From: the human T2T-CHM13v2.0 reference genome, Homo sapiens
Strand: one strand, 5' to 3'
Length of the DNA: 64,000 nucleotides
Assembly (NCBI RefSeq): GCF_009914755.1
Contig: NC_060928.1
In this document: positions 42,149 to 54,907 of the stretch, piece after piece
How the letters are laid out: each line of letters begins with the position of its first letter
Position numbering within the stretch: the stretch's first letter is position 1
Notes under the pieces: model-generated
Told to the model about the DNA's origin: nothing
Databases searched by the model: none
Seen by the model: only the letters and a program-made list of their open reading frames with translations
Made by a program: the position numbers and the translations under genes

Positions 42149-42525
42149 TGTCTTAACTTGGATGGCTGTAACAAAAATGCCGCAGACTGGGTACTTTAAA
42201 CAACATTTATTTCTCACATTGACTTGTGGAACTATATTTCTAGAGGCTGGGAAGTCTTAGATCAGGGTGCTGGCAGATTCAGTTCTGGTAAGAGTCTACC
42301 TCCTGGTTCATAGGTGGCTGTCTTCCTGCTGTAACCTCATGTAAGCAGAAGGAACCACGGAGGTCTCTAGAGTCTTTTTGTAAGAGCACTAATATCACTT
42401 ATGAAGGCTCTAACCCCATGCCCTAATCACCTCCCATAGGGTTCTACTTCTAAATACCATCATGTTGTGTGGTTAGGATTTTAACATATTAATTTTGGAA
42501 GGACACAAACATTCAATTCATAATG
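42149..42525 (-). mobile_element. MLT1A/A0-like solo LTR
   Basis: TGTCTTAACTTGGATGGCTGTAACAAAAATGCC...TCTAGAGGCTGGGAAGTC...GGACACAAACATTCAATTCATAATG. Confidence 0.82.
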
Positions 42526-42529
42526 GGGG

Positions 42530-43070
42530 TCAAACCAGGAGTAAGATGACCAGTTGGAGGCTATTGCTGCTGTACAGAGAGATGCATCTGTGGTTTAGAC
42601 CAGGCAGTAAAGGTGGAGGTGGTGAGGAATTGTCATTTGAGGGACATTTTGTGAAGGTAAAACCACCAGAGTTGGCTGCTGGAATCAGATGTAGGGCATG
42701 AAGCCCCTTGATATTTGATCTGAACAACTGAATTAATGTTAATACTAGGTGGAAAAGACAAAGGAATGAGTCAGTTTGAAGGAGAAAAGGAAGAGTTTTC
42801 TTGGATTTTGCAAGTTTAAAGAACTTGACAGCTACTTGGACATTTATAGATGTGTTGGGAACTGTGTCAACTGCTTTCATATACACTATACCATTTGTTA
42901 TATTATCCTACTGATCCTATGAGGTTTGTACTAATATTATTCCAAATTCATGGATCAGCTTTAGAGAATGAATAACCCATCCAAACTCATATAGTGAGAA
43001 AGCCACAGTGGCAAGATTTGAACCAAGGCTATCTGACTAAAGAACTCGCAATCACTGTTCTATACAACTT
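42530..43070 (-). mobile_element. L2 fragment followed by a MIR fragment
   Basis: CCAGTTGGAGGCTATTGC...TTTGAAGGTAAAACC (L2), then GATCCTATGAGG...GTGGCAAGATTTGAACCAAGG (MIR). Confidence 0.6.
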
Positions 43071-44970
43071 AAAATCCTTCTGATCAAGTGGATCCATGTT
43101 TTGTGATGTCGAATGCACATGTAATTTGGGAGGACTCTTTAAGAGAAAGATCACAAATTTACAACTACAAATGAGAAAGGAAATCATCATAAACTGTATA
43201 TTTTTAAAAACTGGCAAATATTTTAAGCATTAAAGTATCTAGAAAATTAACATTCCTTAAATGTTAGCAAATGGATGAAGTTTTATAATATTTCCCCACT
43301 TTTTTGTCTCCATCATTGTTGACCATCTTTTCCTGTGACAAATTTTTGTAATGCCATTTTCTATAAAGATAAATTAGTAGTCCATCTTCTATGATTAAAA
43401 TTGATCAATTTCTAATTATTGATAGTCTAGGAACATTTCTTTCAGGTTCACAACTTATTAATAGTAATACTACATAAAGTTTTATGAATGTTGGGAATTT
43501 ATTGATGACATCTAAGAAAACATTCAAGTTTTGCCACAATGTATAATAAAGCGATACCTCGTTAGAACCTCTCCCTAGGTATTCCAAAGTAGCCATGTAA
43601 GGCAAGGACCAGGAGCTTCAGTTTCATTCACCTCACCATGAATTCACCTCTTAAACTGGCTTCTCTCCAGGTAGTTGGGGACACCAAAGCAGGGCGAGGA
43701 GGCCCATGAGGACATTAATCCCATGTGGTGTAACATAAGAGTTATCTTTCCTGAGTAGTCATTGAGGAAATTGGTTGTCTCCTCAGATGATGGAACTCAC
43801 AGCTCTTCAACTGTGAGGTGAGAGCCAGGAGGTGAAAAAGGACAAGACTGGAGAAAATGACCTTTTCTCACAAATTTCTTAACAACTGTTTCATAAACAT
43901 AATAAAACTGGCATTACATTTTTCTTATCTCCCAATGAGTCAATAAAATAACATACTAAATATCTATTTTGCTCAGCTTTCTATTATTTTAAAATATTTT
44001 CTTTTGAAGTCCAAGTGTAGGTAGAAATTTAAAATTTTTCTTTATAATTAACTAATCAATATTTGAAAGACTTGACATGGCTGTTCTCCTACTGAGGCAC
44101 ACTGTTGTAAAACAGTGATTGAACTTGAATTGTACATGGTTTTCCTTATTCTCTCAAATAATTTTCCTTCAGTTGAAATAATTACATGTTCAAGACTCTG
44201 ATGTTGTATAGAAGCTGTGAAATGAGAATAAGTTGGTTCAATTTTTTGTATTCTTGGGCTTGAAAGATAGATGACAACTGGAATAATCATTACAGAAGAG
44301 TGACTGTTGTGGTAGGGAAAATGTAAGAAATTTAAAGAAAGAGAAACAGTGTGAGAATTAAAAGAATGAAAAGCCAAGAACATGGTATTAAAAAGTGGTT
44401 TCTGGGATGTTTAAGAACCCCATTTAGCCCAATTTTCCTTCCATATGTTTAGTAATCTGAGAGGCAGCAACAGGGCACCTCGATTCAATTGAACATGCTT
44501 AATGGAACTTCAGAAGTCACTATAATTAGTTTGGCTAATTCCCACCAGCCCAGAGTAAAATGTCATTCTTTAATTGATATTTCAGTGTCCAGACTCAATG
44601 CTCCCACTTGGTGAAATCAGCAGGAAGACCCATCTGATATGTCAAAAAGTCCCTATGGATCCCAACTTCCCAGCTGCTTGTTAATAGAACAGAAATCCCA
44701 ACTCATCCTAGAGGCTCGAGGAGTCCTTGCCCGGGTGGGCAATGGCAGCTCTCAGGCTGCCAGCACACAAGAGAACCTCCTGCTGCTCAAAGGGCAGGAA
44801 ATCACGGAGTCCACCGTTGCTGAATTCAGAATGTCCCCTACTGTATCTGGGCATTCTCTGTGATCTCAGAGCTACTTTTGTTATACTTGGCTAAGAGGGC
44901 AGGAGGGAAAGATGAGCCCTAAACCAGATCTATGATGTCAGCAAAGTGTAGGCCTACTTGTACTTGCAAG

Positions 44971-46437
44971 TGCTATAGACTGAATGTTTATGTTCTCAAA
45001 TTCTTACATTGAAACATAATCATCAGTGTGATGATACTTCAAGGTGGGGCCATTGGGATGGGATTAATGTCCCCAGAAAAGAGATCCCAAAGAGCTTCCT
45101 TGCCCCTTCTGCCATGTGAGGACACAGTGAGAAGACAGTCATCAATGAACCTGGAAGTGGACACTCATCCGGCACACTGAGACACGGATACACAGGGATT
45201 TAGTGTGTATCCACTGGTACCTTGATCTAGGACTTTCCAGGCTCCAGGCTGTGAGAAATAAATTTTTGTTATTTATAAGCCATGGAGTCTATGGCATTTT
45301 TGTTATAGCAGCCCTAGCAGACTAAGAAAATCAGACTTAACCACCTTTGCTGGAAAACTGCCAGTTTGATCTGAAGGGGAAAGAGACAGGAAGGAATGAA
45401 GGAAGGCTGTTGGACTTCTTGGATTTTACAGGATGGTACCATCGAGTTAATTGGCTGGTAGCATATTATTCTTCTAGACAAGGAAGAATGACTCTGAAGA
45501 CAATTCAGAGATCATCAGGGTTGCCTCCTTGGTTTCAGAAGGGTGAACCATAGTCTTGCTTTCAAAAGGCCAGATGGCCTCTGCTCAAAAGAACACTAAG
45601 GATGAGACCCCAGCTGGGTAAAGCTGCAGGGAAAGGACTTCCCTGTGGGTTCTGAAGGCAGGACCTCTACCCCAGTAGACCTGGAGGGCAGAGCATTAAG
45701 CCAAGGAGGATTACTCTTAAGCCTTAAGGTCTAATGGAATTTGTATTGTTGGGTTTTGGACTAACTCCTAACCTATCGCTCCTTTCTTCTTTCCTGTTTC
45801 TCCCTTTGGAATGGCAATGCCTCTCCTTTATCTGTTCCACTCTTGTATTTTGAAGCACATAACACATTTGCTTTCACAGGTTCACAGCTAAAGGAGAATT
45901 TGCCTCAGAATGAATGATACCTTGAATCTCACCCATATCCGATGTAGACGATATTTAGGTGAGATTTTGGACTTTAGACTTTTGAGTTGATGCTGGAATG
46001 AGTTAAGACTTTTGGAGCTGTTGAGATGGAATGAATGTATTTTGCATGTGAGAACATGAATTTTGGAAGCAAGAGGTAGACTTACAGACTAAGTGTTTGT
46101 GTCCTCCCAAAATTTGTATGTTGAATCCTAACCCCCAATATAATAGTAGTTGGAGGTGAGGTCTTTGGTAGCTGATTAGGGCATGAGGGCAGAACATTAT
46201 GAATGGAATTAGTGTCCCTATAAAAGAGGTTTTGGAGAATTTCCTTGCTCCTTCTGCCATGTGAGGACACAGCAAATGGCCATCTATGAACATGGAGAAG
46301 GGCCCTAACCAGAACCTGACCATGCTGGCACACTTACCTCAGACTTCTAGCCTCCAGAACATGAGAAATAAATTTCTATTGTTTATAAGTCACCCAGTTT
46401 ATAGTATTCTATTATAGCAGCCTGACAGACTAAGACA
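44971..46437 (+). mobile_element. MLT1A-group MaLR unit: LTR 44971-45329, partial internal region, LTR ~46081-46437
   Basis: Both LTRs contain CTTCTGCCATGTGAGGACACAG and GAGAAATAAATTT...TTATAGCAGCC...GACTAAGA. The internal 3' end TGAGTTGATGCTGGAATGAGTTAAGACTTTTGG...GTATTTTGCATGTGAGA is MLT1-int. Confidence 0.85.
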
Positions 46438-47380
46438 AAGTGCAAAAGTGAATTTTTTATTTATGTAGAATGAGGAAACATATCATGTGTTGCAGAATCC
46501 TTAGAGATTCAGATCTGTTTCTTTTTGAGAGTCTCTTTAGGCAGTTTGCCAGAAATGCTCCCTAAATTCAGTTTGGCTTTCCCTCTTCTCATAGAACACT
46601 CTAAACTCCCAACTCCCGCACACTCCAAGGAATCTGGGTGAGGAAGAGTCCCTGAAACTGAAGCTCTATTAGCTTCAGTAAATTCACCTCTGCTGTACTG
46701 CTGATTGCCTGGGGCTCTGTCAGAACCTGTTTTGGCCCTATCTAGTCTGGATGATTCATGCACAGTCATCACTCAGATTGTCCCCACCTGTTGAAGTCTG
46801 GGTGGCACTCAAAGATTTGGCCAAATCAGACTATCACATCCTGTCCTCGCTGCCTTGCCAGTGAACTCCTGCCAGTTAAATGCAGGCTACAGTAGATTTT
46901 TGTGCTGTGAAAGAAGATGTGACTTTCTTTCATCTTTATGTAGTGAAGGTGCCCATTGACAAAATGAGACTACCATACACCATTTTAATTATATTCGTTT
47001 GTATTTATTTTTCCTATCAGTAGTAAAAGATATGCAATGAAGGGTTCCCTCCAACCTAACACTCGTCTCCTCCTGTTACTCAGTATTCCTCCTTAATGAT
47101 ATCTTTTCTTGGGCAGCCTTACAGAAATATATTTTGCAAATATAAACAAGTGTGTGTGTGGGTTTTGATGTTAAATTCTTTCTTTTTTTACTGTACTAGA
47201 ATATTTTATATAGCACATTTGTTCTCTGTTATTTCATAATTAGTTAGAATTCTCTGGCCAAATGATCTGAGGACCATGCTTGTGAGAGAGTTGGGCAAAA
47301 AGGAAGTTCTGTGACATCTTTATTTCTTTCACAGTGACACTCTATATCATCTTGGGTGTAAACTTGCACCTGGTATGACT

Positions 47381-47767
47381 TGTTTCTTTCTTTCTTTCTG
47401 TCTCTCTCTTTGTTTCTCTTCCTCCCTTCCTCCCTTCCCTTCCCTTTTCTTTCTTTCTTTCTGTCTTTCTTCTTTCTTTCTTTCTCTCTCTCTCTCTCCA
47501 AGAGACTTTCACTCTGTCACCCAGGCTAGACTGCGGTGATGTGATGATAGCTCAATGTAACCTTAAACTCTTGAGCTCAAGTGATCCTCCCACATGAGCC
47601 TGCTGAGTAGCTGGGACTCCAGCCACACGCCACCATGCCTGGCTAATTCTTTTTTTATATGTTTAGTTTTTAGCCCAGGCTGATCTCAAATTCCTCACCC
47701 CAAGCGATCCTCCTACCTGAACCATCCAAGTCACTGAGATTACAGGCTTGAGCCACCATGCCTGGCT
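47381..47767 (-). mobile_element. AluJ-like SINE with a ~120-bp CT-rich microsatellite tail
   Basis: Antisense Alu body at 47501-47767, preceded by a (CTTT/CT)n tract. Confidence 0.9.
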
Positions 47768-49489
47768 TATTTTGTTTTAGCATATCATTTCACTTTATAA
47801 TCCAAATAAATAATCTTTTCAGGCTACTATGTGAGTTGGGCTTAATTATGTTTATTGATAGGACTGATTTTTTTGTGTTATATTATTTTAGACTTTCTCT
47901 TTTCAAGGCTTTAAACATACCATCTTTGCCTCTGCTTTCTGTGTTGTTAAATATAATCTTATTTTTAAAGACAGTATCACAATATTTACTCTTCTAATTT
48001 TGCTCATTTTTTAAATTATTGCGGATTATAATGTTTACATTTGGTCCTGAACTTGTAGCCTTAACATTTGTTTAGTCTTTGTTCTATAGTTGAATAGATT
48101 CAATGATCACCACAAATTTCTTTGCTGTGGCTTTTCCACTCATTTCTTGATTGGCGAAATCTTGCTCACCATGAGATTCCTCAAGAACAGATGAGAATAA
48201 TTCTTGTGAATTCTTGCATTTGGTATTCCTTGAAATGTATAGGCTGAAATATTCTTTTATTTTAGCAAAGTCTTAATAAATTATATATTTAAATGCTTTT
48301 GTGTCTCTTTTTATTTTAATTTATTTCTCTATAACTCCTAGTATGCTATATTGGTCCTTCTTGGTTTATCTTTTGCATCTATGAAGATGTAATGCAATAT
48401 CATTAGTTTTTAATTTATTTTCCCCTCTGTGAAGAAGAGAAACCAAAAAGGAAGTTTGTCCCTGAGATGCAAATAAATATTCCTTCAATACTTGTGCCTT
48501 AGATTGTGGTCAGACATCTGCATGAAATTTAACCAATGATATTTTCCAGGTCTTGTTTGAAGTTTCACTGGGATATGCAAAGTGGGTGGTCTCAGATTGT
48601 TGAAGGCAGTATAGGTTTTGTTTCTGTTGGAACTTGAAGTAGAGTCTTGGTCCAGAATATCAAATGATAGTGTGATTGGAGAGAACCTGAAACTCCACAA
48701 ATTATGCCACCTATCCAAAACAAAGTGATACTTACTTTACATGTTTTGAAATATAAGTGTTTGAAGCTTTACCTGTTTATCTCCTGTAATTTTATGAAAT
48801 GTTCTAAAAAATCTGAAGACAACAGAGAAATAATCATGTTGGCCAAGAAGTCCCTAATGTTATTGGTTCAGACCAGGTCCAAAGCTACTGTCAGGGCAGC
48901 TGACAGCCCTGTGCCTGGTTCCCCAATTTTTGGCTACTTTGGGTGGCCATCCTACTTTCTGCTGTTACTAAGAGGAATGTGACTGGTGACATTCTGTAAC
49001 TCCTAGGCATAGGGACAAAAAAAGGGAACCAGATCCAGGTCCTGCATGATAAAAAAGGGAAAAAATCTACGGGAAGTGAGTCGGGAGTGTAAAGAGTGCC
49101 AAAACATACCTCTGATTTAATTCTTCAGCTGCTCAGTGAATTACATATCTTCCATTCTGCAGATATTACACATATTTTCCTCTTTTTAGTGTTTCCTTTT
49201 TCCACTTTCTGTCAGAGATAGGGGAAAATGGAAATATTTATCCCTGCACATATGGCAATCAATTTTGCCAGTAAGCACAGATCTTAAAACCATGTTGACC
49301 CTCTCATAAAATAAGGTATTTTCAATTGCTTGCTCATATCTTGGAAGTACGCGTCATTTTGCATACTCATACTCATATCCTTAGTAATCTGCCATGTGTC
49401 TGAATATCTTATTATCAATGATACTTTACTATCTATCTCTGCTCTTTCAAGTGCCTGTATAGACTTTAATCAGTCAATAAAAGAACATC

Positions 49490-50100
49490 GCAATATGTGG
49501 TGATTAAAGAATATGTACTCTAGCATAAGATAACTTGGTTTAAATGGGCAATTTATTTAATGTCTCTAAGCCTTGGCAATAGGGAACGTGCTAGTAACTA
49601 CCTCATAAAGTTATGATGAGGAATAAATCCATTCATATGTTTAGCAATATTTATTGAGCACCTACTATGATAAGAACTATGAAGAAAAACAATGCAAGAT
49701 GAGGGAAAAGAGAACGACGGGGTGCTACTTCAGATATAACTGTCAGAGAAATCTGCTCTAGGAAGATTATATTTGAGGAAAGATTTGAATGAAGTGAGGA
49801 AGTATGTCATGCAAATAGTTGGGTCTGAAGGTTCTAGACAGAAGAAAGAATAATTATAAGAATGCTGTGTTGGGAATCTTATTACCATGATCAAGAAGTT
49901 GGATGAATTTATATTGTGATTTTCCAAATTTGAGCTGTCTAGATTTAATGGCCTCAAGAAGACAAAGCCAGGGTTGGGTGGGGAGAGCTGTACTGCATAA
50001 GAGTTCTCAAAGCTGGAGTCCTTCTTAAGGATTCCAGGCCAAAAACAAATTCTATTCTACATATAGAATGTAGTGTGGAAGGGGGCATCTTATCATCTGG
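49490..50100. mobile_element. MIR fragment (+) abutting an L2 fragment (-)
   Basis: GGGCAATTTATTTAATGTCTCTAAGCCT...ACCTCATAAAGTT (MIR); AATATTTATTGAGCACCTACTATG (antisense L2 end). Confidence 0.6.
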
Positions 50101-50125
50101 AGTATGTATGCATTTACTACGTAAG

Positions 50126-50858
50126 TGTCTTAGTCTATTCATGCTATAATGAGAAATAACCATAGACTGCATTATTTATAAAGAACAGATATTTTTTGCT
50201 CACAGGTCTAGAGCCTGGAAAGTCCAAGATTACGATGCCAACATTGAGTGTCTGGTGAGGACTGCTCTCTGCTTCCAAGATGGTGCCTTGTTGTTGTAAC
50301 CTTACACGGCAGAAGGTGAAAGGGAAAAAGGGTCTTGTTAGTTATCTCCATCCCTTTTATAAGGCACTAATTCCACCTATGAGGGCAGAGACCTCATGGC
50401 CTAATTACTCCTAAAGGTGTCATCTCTTAATATTTTGCACTGGGCTCTCAATATATTCCCCCAAAATTTTTCGTTGGGTATTTAATCCCCAATGCAACAG
50501 TGTTGGGTGGTGTGTCCTTTTTGGAGTTGATTAGCTCATAAGGATTCTGCCTTCATGAGCAGATTAGTGAGTTATAAAAAGGGCTTATGGGAGTAAGTAT
50601 GCCCTCTTTTTTGCTCTTTTGCCACGTGAAGGCACAATTTCATTCTCTCTCACCCTTCCACCATGTGAGAACACAACAAAAAGGCACTTATCAAATGCTG
50701 ACATCTTAATCTTGGACTTCCCAGTTTTCAGAACTGTGACAAATAAATTTCTATTCTTTACAAATTACCCAGTCTGTGGTATTGCACAAACTGGACTAAG
50801 ACAGGGATTACACCTCATAGTGAATTTTGGAGAGAACACAAACATTCAAACCATAGCA
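50126..50858 (-). mobile_element. MSTD-like MaLR LTR, interrupted
   Basis: TGTCTTAGTC...GGTGAGGACTGCTCTCTGCTTCCAAGATGGTGCC, resuming at 50804 as GGGATT...CACAAACATTCAAACCATAGCA. Confidence 0.8.
50440..50803 (+). mobile_element. MSTC-like MaLR LTR nested antiparallel in the MSTD-like LTR
   Basis: TTAATCCCCAATGCAACAGTGTTGGG...AATAAATTTCTATTCTTTACAAATTACCCAGTCTGTGGTATT...GGACTAAGACA. Confidence 0.8.
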
Positions 50859-51484
50859 ATGAGTAAAAGATACTTATCATAGAAAATTTTAAAGGCACAA
50901 ACATAAAGAAGAGTAGAAAAGAAAAAGAATGAAGGGAGAAAGAGGAGAAAGAAATCATCTGTTAAGCTGCCACCCAAACATAAGTACAGTTGTTTTATTT
51001 GTTCCTTTTTGGCAAACTTCTATAAGCTCTATAAACCTGTACATAAATTTTTAGATCGTTTTAAACATATCTTTTTATTAGCTATGTGTACTTATTCTTA
51101 ATAAAGTTGAGCCATAATTTACCCAATGATTGTAACCTTATGATAACCTCTCTTCATAATGTTTAAACATTCTTTCTCTTCATATGACAGCAATTGTGCT
51201 TCCGATATCCATGAAAGGAGAGAACACATAATAATAAAAATGTTCCATTAATTCAGTGATACGTTCAATGAGTTTGTAGATCAATAACCAGAACAATATG
51301 TATACACATTTGAAAAATTAGTTAGTTTACCGATAGAGAGATTGATAGATAATAGGATGTAAAGATTATTCAATTTAAGAACACGCTTGAAACACAAGCT
51401 CTTAGACTCTTTGTAAAATTTTAGCCATCCTCTCTCCCATAAACATGCAGCTACTCACAGATTAGGATGTACAGGTTAGGTAAG

Positions 51485-51672
51485 GCAATGGTCCTTAGAG
51501 TATGCTCTCAGGGCCGACTTCATCAGCATCATCTGCAAATTTGTTTGAAATACTAATCATTGGCCCCCATCCATGACCTACTGAATCAGAAGCTTTAAGA
51601 ATGTGCTGTTGAATTCTGTTTTATCAAGATATCCTGGTGATTCTGATGCACACTGAAATTGGAGTACCAGTG
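51485..51672. mobile_element. MER5A-like hAT element
   Basis: CATCAGCATCATCTG...GACCTACTGAATCAGAA...GGTGATTCTGATGCACACTGAAATTGGAG. Confidence 0.75.
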
Positions 51673-51699
51673 AAAGCGAGCTCTCCTTTCATGACAGTT

Positions 51700-52200
51700 G
51701 AATCCTGTAACTACTAGTAATTAGCAATTGAACTTCCTACCCATTATATCCTCTAAGCTTCAATTTTCTCATGTCTATAAAAAAACAGAATCAGCAAACC
51801 AACATTATACTGTCGTAAAGATTAAATGGTATAACTCGTGACAGCAACTAGAAGTGTCTCTGGCATACGATATACACATTCATTCAAGGACCAGTTAAGT
51901 ACCTACTATGTGGCAAGCACTGGTAGAAAAAGAGTAGATCATCTTTTCATGGACCTCATCTAGCAAGTGAAGACAAGCCGGTGTGTATATGTGTGTGTTT
52001 AATCAAATGTCATATTTGTCATGATAACATTAAGTTGGAGCCCAAGGAAGGGGGGAGTTAATTACACTTGAGAAGGGCAGAATCAGGAAAGGCTCCACAG
52101 AGGAGAACTTTTATCCACAGAACCCAGATAAGTTAAGCCTTGGAAGTGTGAAAAAAATTAAGCCTGTGGAGGTGGTAAGAAAAGGTCACCATATATAATC
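51700..52200. mobile_element. MIR (+) then L2 (-) fragments
   Basis: CTCTAAGCTTCAATTTTCTCATGTCTATAAAA; CATTCATTCAA...TACCTACTATGTGGCAAGCACTG. Confidence 0.6.
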
Positions 52201-53979
52201 TGAATGAGACAACAAAATTTACTTCATTATTGGATGCAATGAAAGTAAGAGAGCAGTCAAAGAGGAAGCCACAATAATTAAAAGTGACAAAATTTCAGAA
52301 AGAGAAAAAGATAACATGAGAAATGAGTGAAGGATTTAAATGGCTTTATATTTCTGGTGTCCCAGCAATGTTAATTTCCCTCTTTTTCCTTAACATTTTT
52401 ATCCTGGTGAAATCTGATAAAAACTAAGTTTTTAAGTCAGCATTGATGCTGGAGGTTTGAGAAGGGGAGCATAGAAAAGCTGTATTACAATATGGAGCCC
52501 AAGTGGAAAGGTAAAGGGACCTTAGGAATTTTTTTGTTTTTGTTTTTTCTCATTCTCTAATTCTCTGGCTGATTGCCAGAATGACTGACAAACCAGCAGC
52601 TTTTCGGGAGGAAATGGTGGGGTTGGAGGGGAAGAAGAAAGGTAAAAGCAAGAAGGAAGAGAAAGAGAGGAGAGAATTGGAGGAGTCCTTTAAGGAATTC
52701 ATCATATTCAAGGCCAGGTAGCCTGAAGCAGATTTTTAGATGTACTGAAGTAATCAGCCTTTGAGTTCTTTGGATCCTCTGTGGCACATTATTTATGACT
52801 GAGTTCTTTGTGTGTAGTTATTTTTAATGACTTTGTTCCCAATCTAAGCCCTTGGTACCTTTGTGCCAGCACAGCCCCTGTGAAAATTGACCACTTTGTT
52901 CTGTTTATAAAGGACTACAGATTTACAGATGCTGAAAATAAAACTCACAGAGTCCATAATGTAGACATTCTTGGTCTTCTGTCTTACCTTATTCTACATT
53001 TAAAATGTTTTCCCAGCCACAGTCATAATAATGGTTTATTGCATAGCCCAAAGATAGAGGCCCCAGAGCATTCACTCCCGTAACGCAATTAAAGACAGTA
53101 GTTTGGACCTTCTCTCCTTGCTACTCTCATCTCTCCTGGTAGGACAGAGAAATGATTCTGCTTTATGTAAATATTATGGATGTGCATTCTGTCTCTGTAT
53201 CTCAGGGTTTGAAATTTCCCACTTTAGAAGACATTTACCACTTTCCTTTGCTTCTCCCAAACATAAAACAAATCTCAAAGAATAAAGGAAAGCGAGTTGA
53301 TACACCATAATACGCAGTTGCAATATCATTAAATTGCATACACATAGTCACACTCAGAGAGAACTGGGACGCCAGCTTCTAATTTGTTATCAAATAAACA
53401 TTGTCTCCAGTTGTTTTCCAGAGGTTAGGGTGTAACTTCAGTAACTGAAGAGGGGAATAAACAAAGTTAGCATCAAGTTATAGTCTGATGCAACCTTAAA
53501 GTCTGCATTTTAAGGTCTGGGTGAGCTCATCTGTCATGAGGCCTAAAATAAACAAGTGTCCAAGATGGAAACAATGGTGTAGTTAAAATCATCCACATAA
53601 GTGAGTCAAGCACCCAAAATGCCTTCTGCCGGGGACAAAGCAAAATTCTGAGGGCAGAATCTGATGATTGTCCCTTTAAGACATTAAGATATTTAAATTA
53701 CCACAGGAACGCAACACACATCGTTTTATTCTACTTGTCAAATGTTGTAAAATAATCACGTTGATAAAATATGAAACTATTGGGTTGTCCACGTTCTGAG
53801 TTATAAGACTTTACAATACCAGGGACTTTATAATATCAGAAGATTTAGGTTTTTCAAAAATCCAAATGGTTATGAAATGGAGAGAGGGATTGAAATAAAG
53901 GATTATTTCTCTGAATGGACTGCAACAGATCAAAGGACAAGATCAAGGCTAAAGAGCAAATATCAAGGAGTTTAACAAC

Positions 53980-54810
53980 TGACATTCTTCTCCATCTCAA
54001 TAAATGACCAGAAACTTGGAGTCATCGTTGACTCTGCTCTTTGTCTCCTATTTTATATCTAAGTAAGTCACAAATTCCAGCAGCACTGCCACCACCCTGG
54101 TCCAAGTGTCAGTCATTGTCCTGCGAGTTTTGCTATGGTTGTAGCTTATAAATTGTTCTACCTTCATCCCACACTTACCCCTCTGTAGTCTATTTTCAAC
54201 CAGGCAAGTGGAGTGATACTGTTGGAATTTAAGCTAAACTCTATCGATGACTACCCATGTCTCTTAGAATGAAATCCAAATTCTTTACAGTAACCTGAAA
54301 AACCCTACTTCATCAGGCCTTCTCTACTTGTATGATGTCTTCCCTGACCCCACTGCACCTAACTGCTTCTTGCTCACTTCATTGCAACAACATTGGCCTC
54401 CTTGTACTTCACACCTGCTGAACATGCTTCAGCCTCAGGACATTTGAATTTGCTAACCCTTCTGCCTGAAATACTCTTCCCTTAGATATCTGAAAAGTTT
54501 TCTTCCTCATCTATTTATGCGTCTTTGGTTTAAAATTTTACTTTAAAAAGTAAAACATTTCATGACCACCCTATTTAAAACTAGTTTCTTCCCTCACTCC
54601 CAGGATTCCCTGGCCCCTACCGTTCTTTATCTTCTACTATAGTAGTCGTTATCTCTTACAAACTACATATTTTATTTGTTCTAATTTTTTTTAATCTGCT
54701 TTCTTCCACTAGGGATGTTTGTTTCTTTTTGTATGGCCATTTTCCAGAGTAATTAGAATAGCAGGGCAAGGCAGGTAGGGCCTCAAGAAATAGTCATTAA
54801 AATGTTAAAA
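53980..54810 (+). mobile_element. L2 LINE 3' part
   Basis: AAACTTGGAGTCATCGTTGACTC, CACCCTGGTCCAAG, GCCTCAGGACATTTG, GACCACCCTATTTAAAA. Confidence 0.8.
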
Positions 54811-54877
54811 AGACTTTCAAACAATGCTAATTGTGCTACTTATAAAACCAGCCCTGCTTTAGTCCCTATGGATATTT

Positions 54878-54907
54878 AAAAACAAACAAACAAACAAACA
54901 AAAAAAC
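54878..54907. repeat. (AAAC)n microsatellite
   Basis: Direct reading. Confidence 0.9.
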
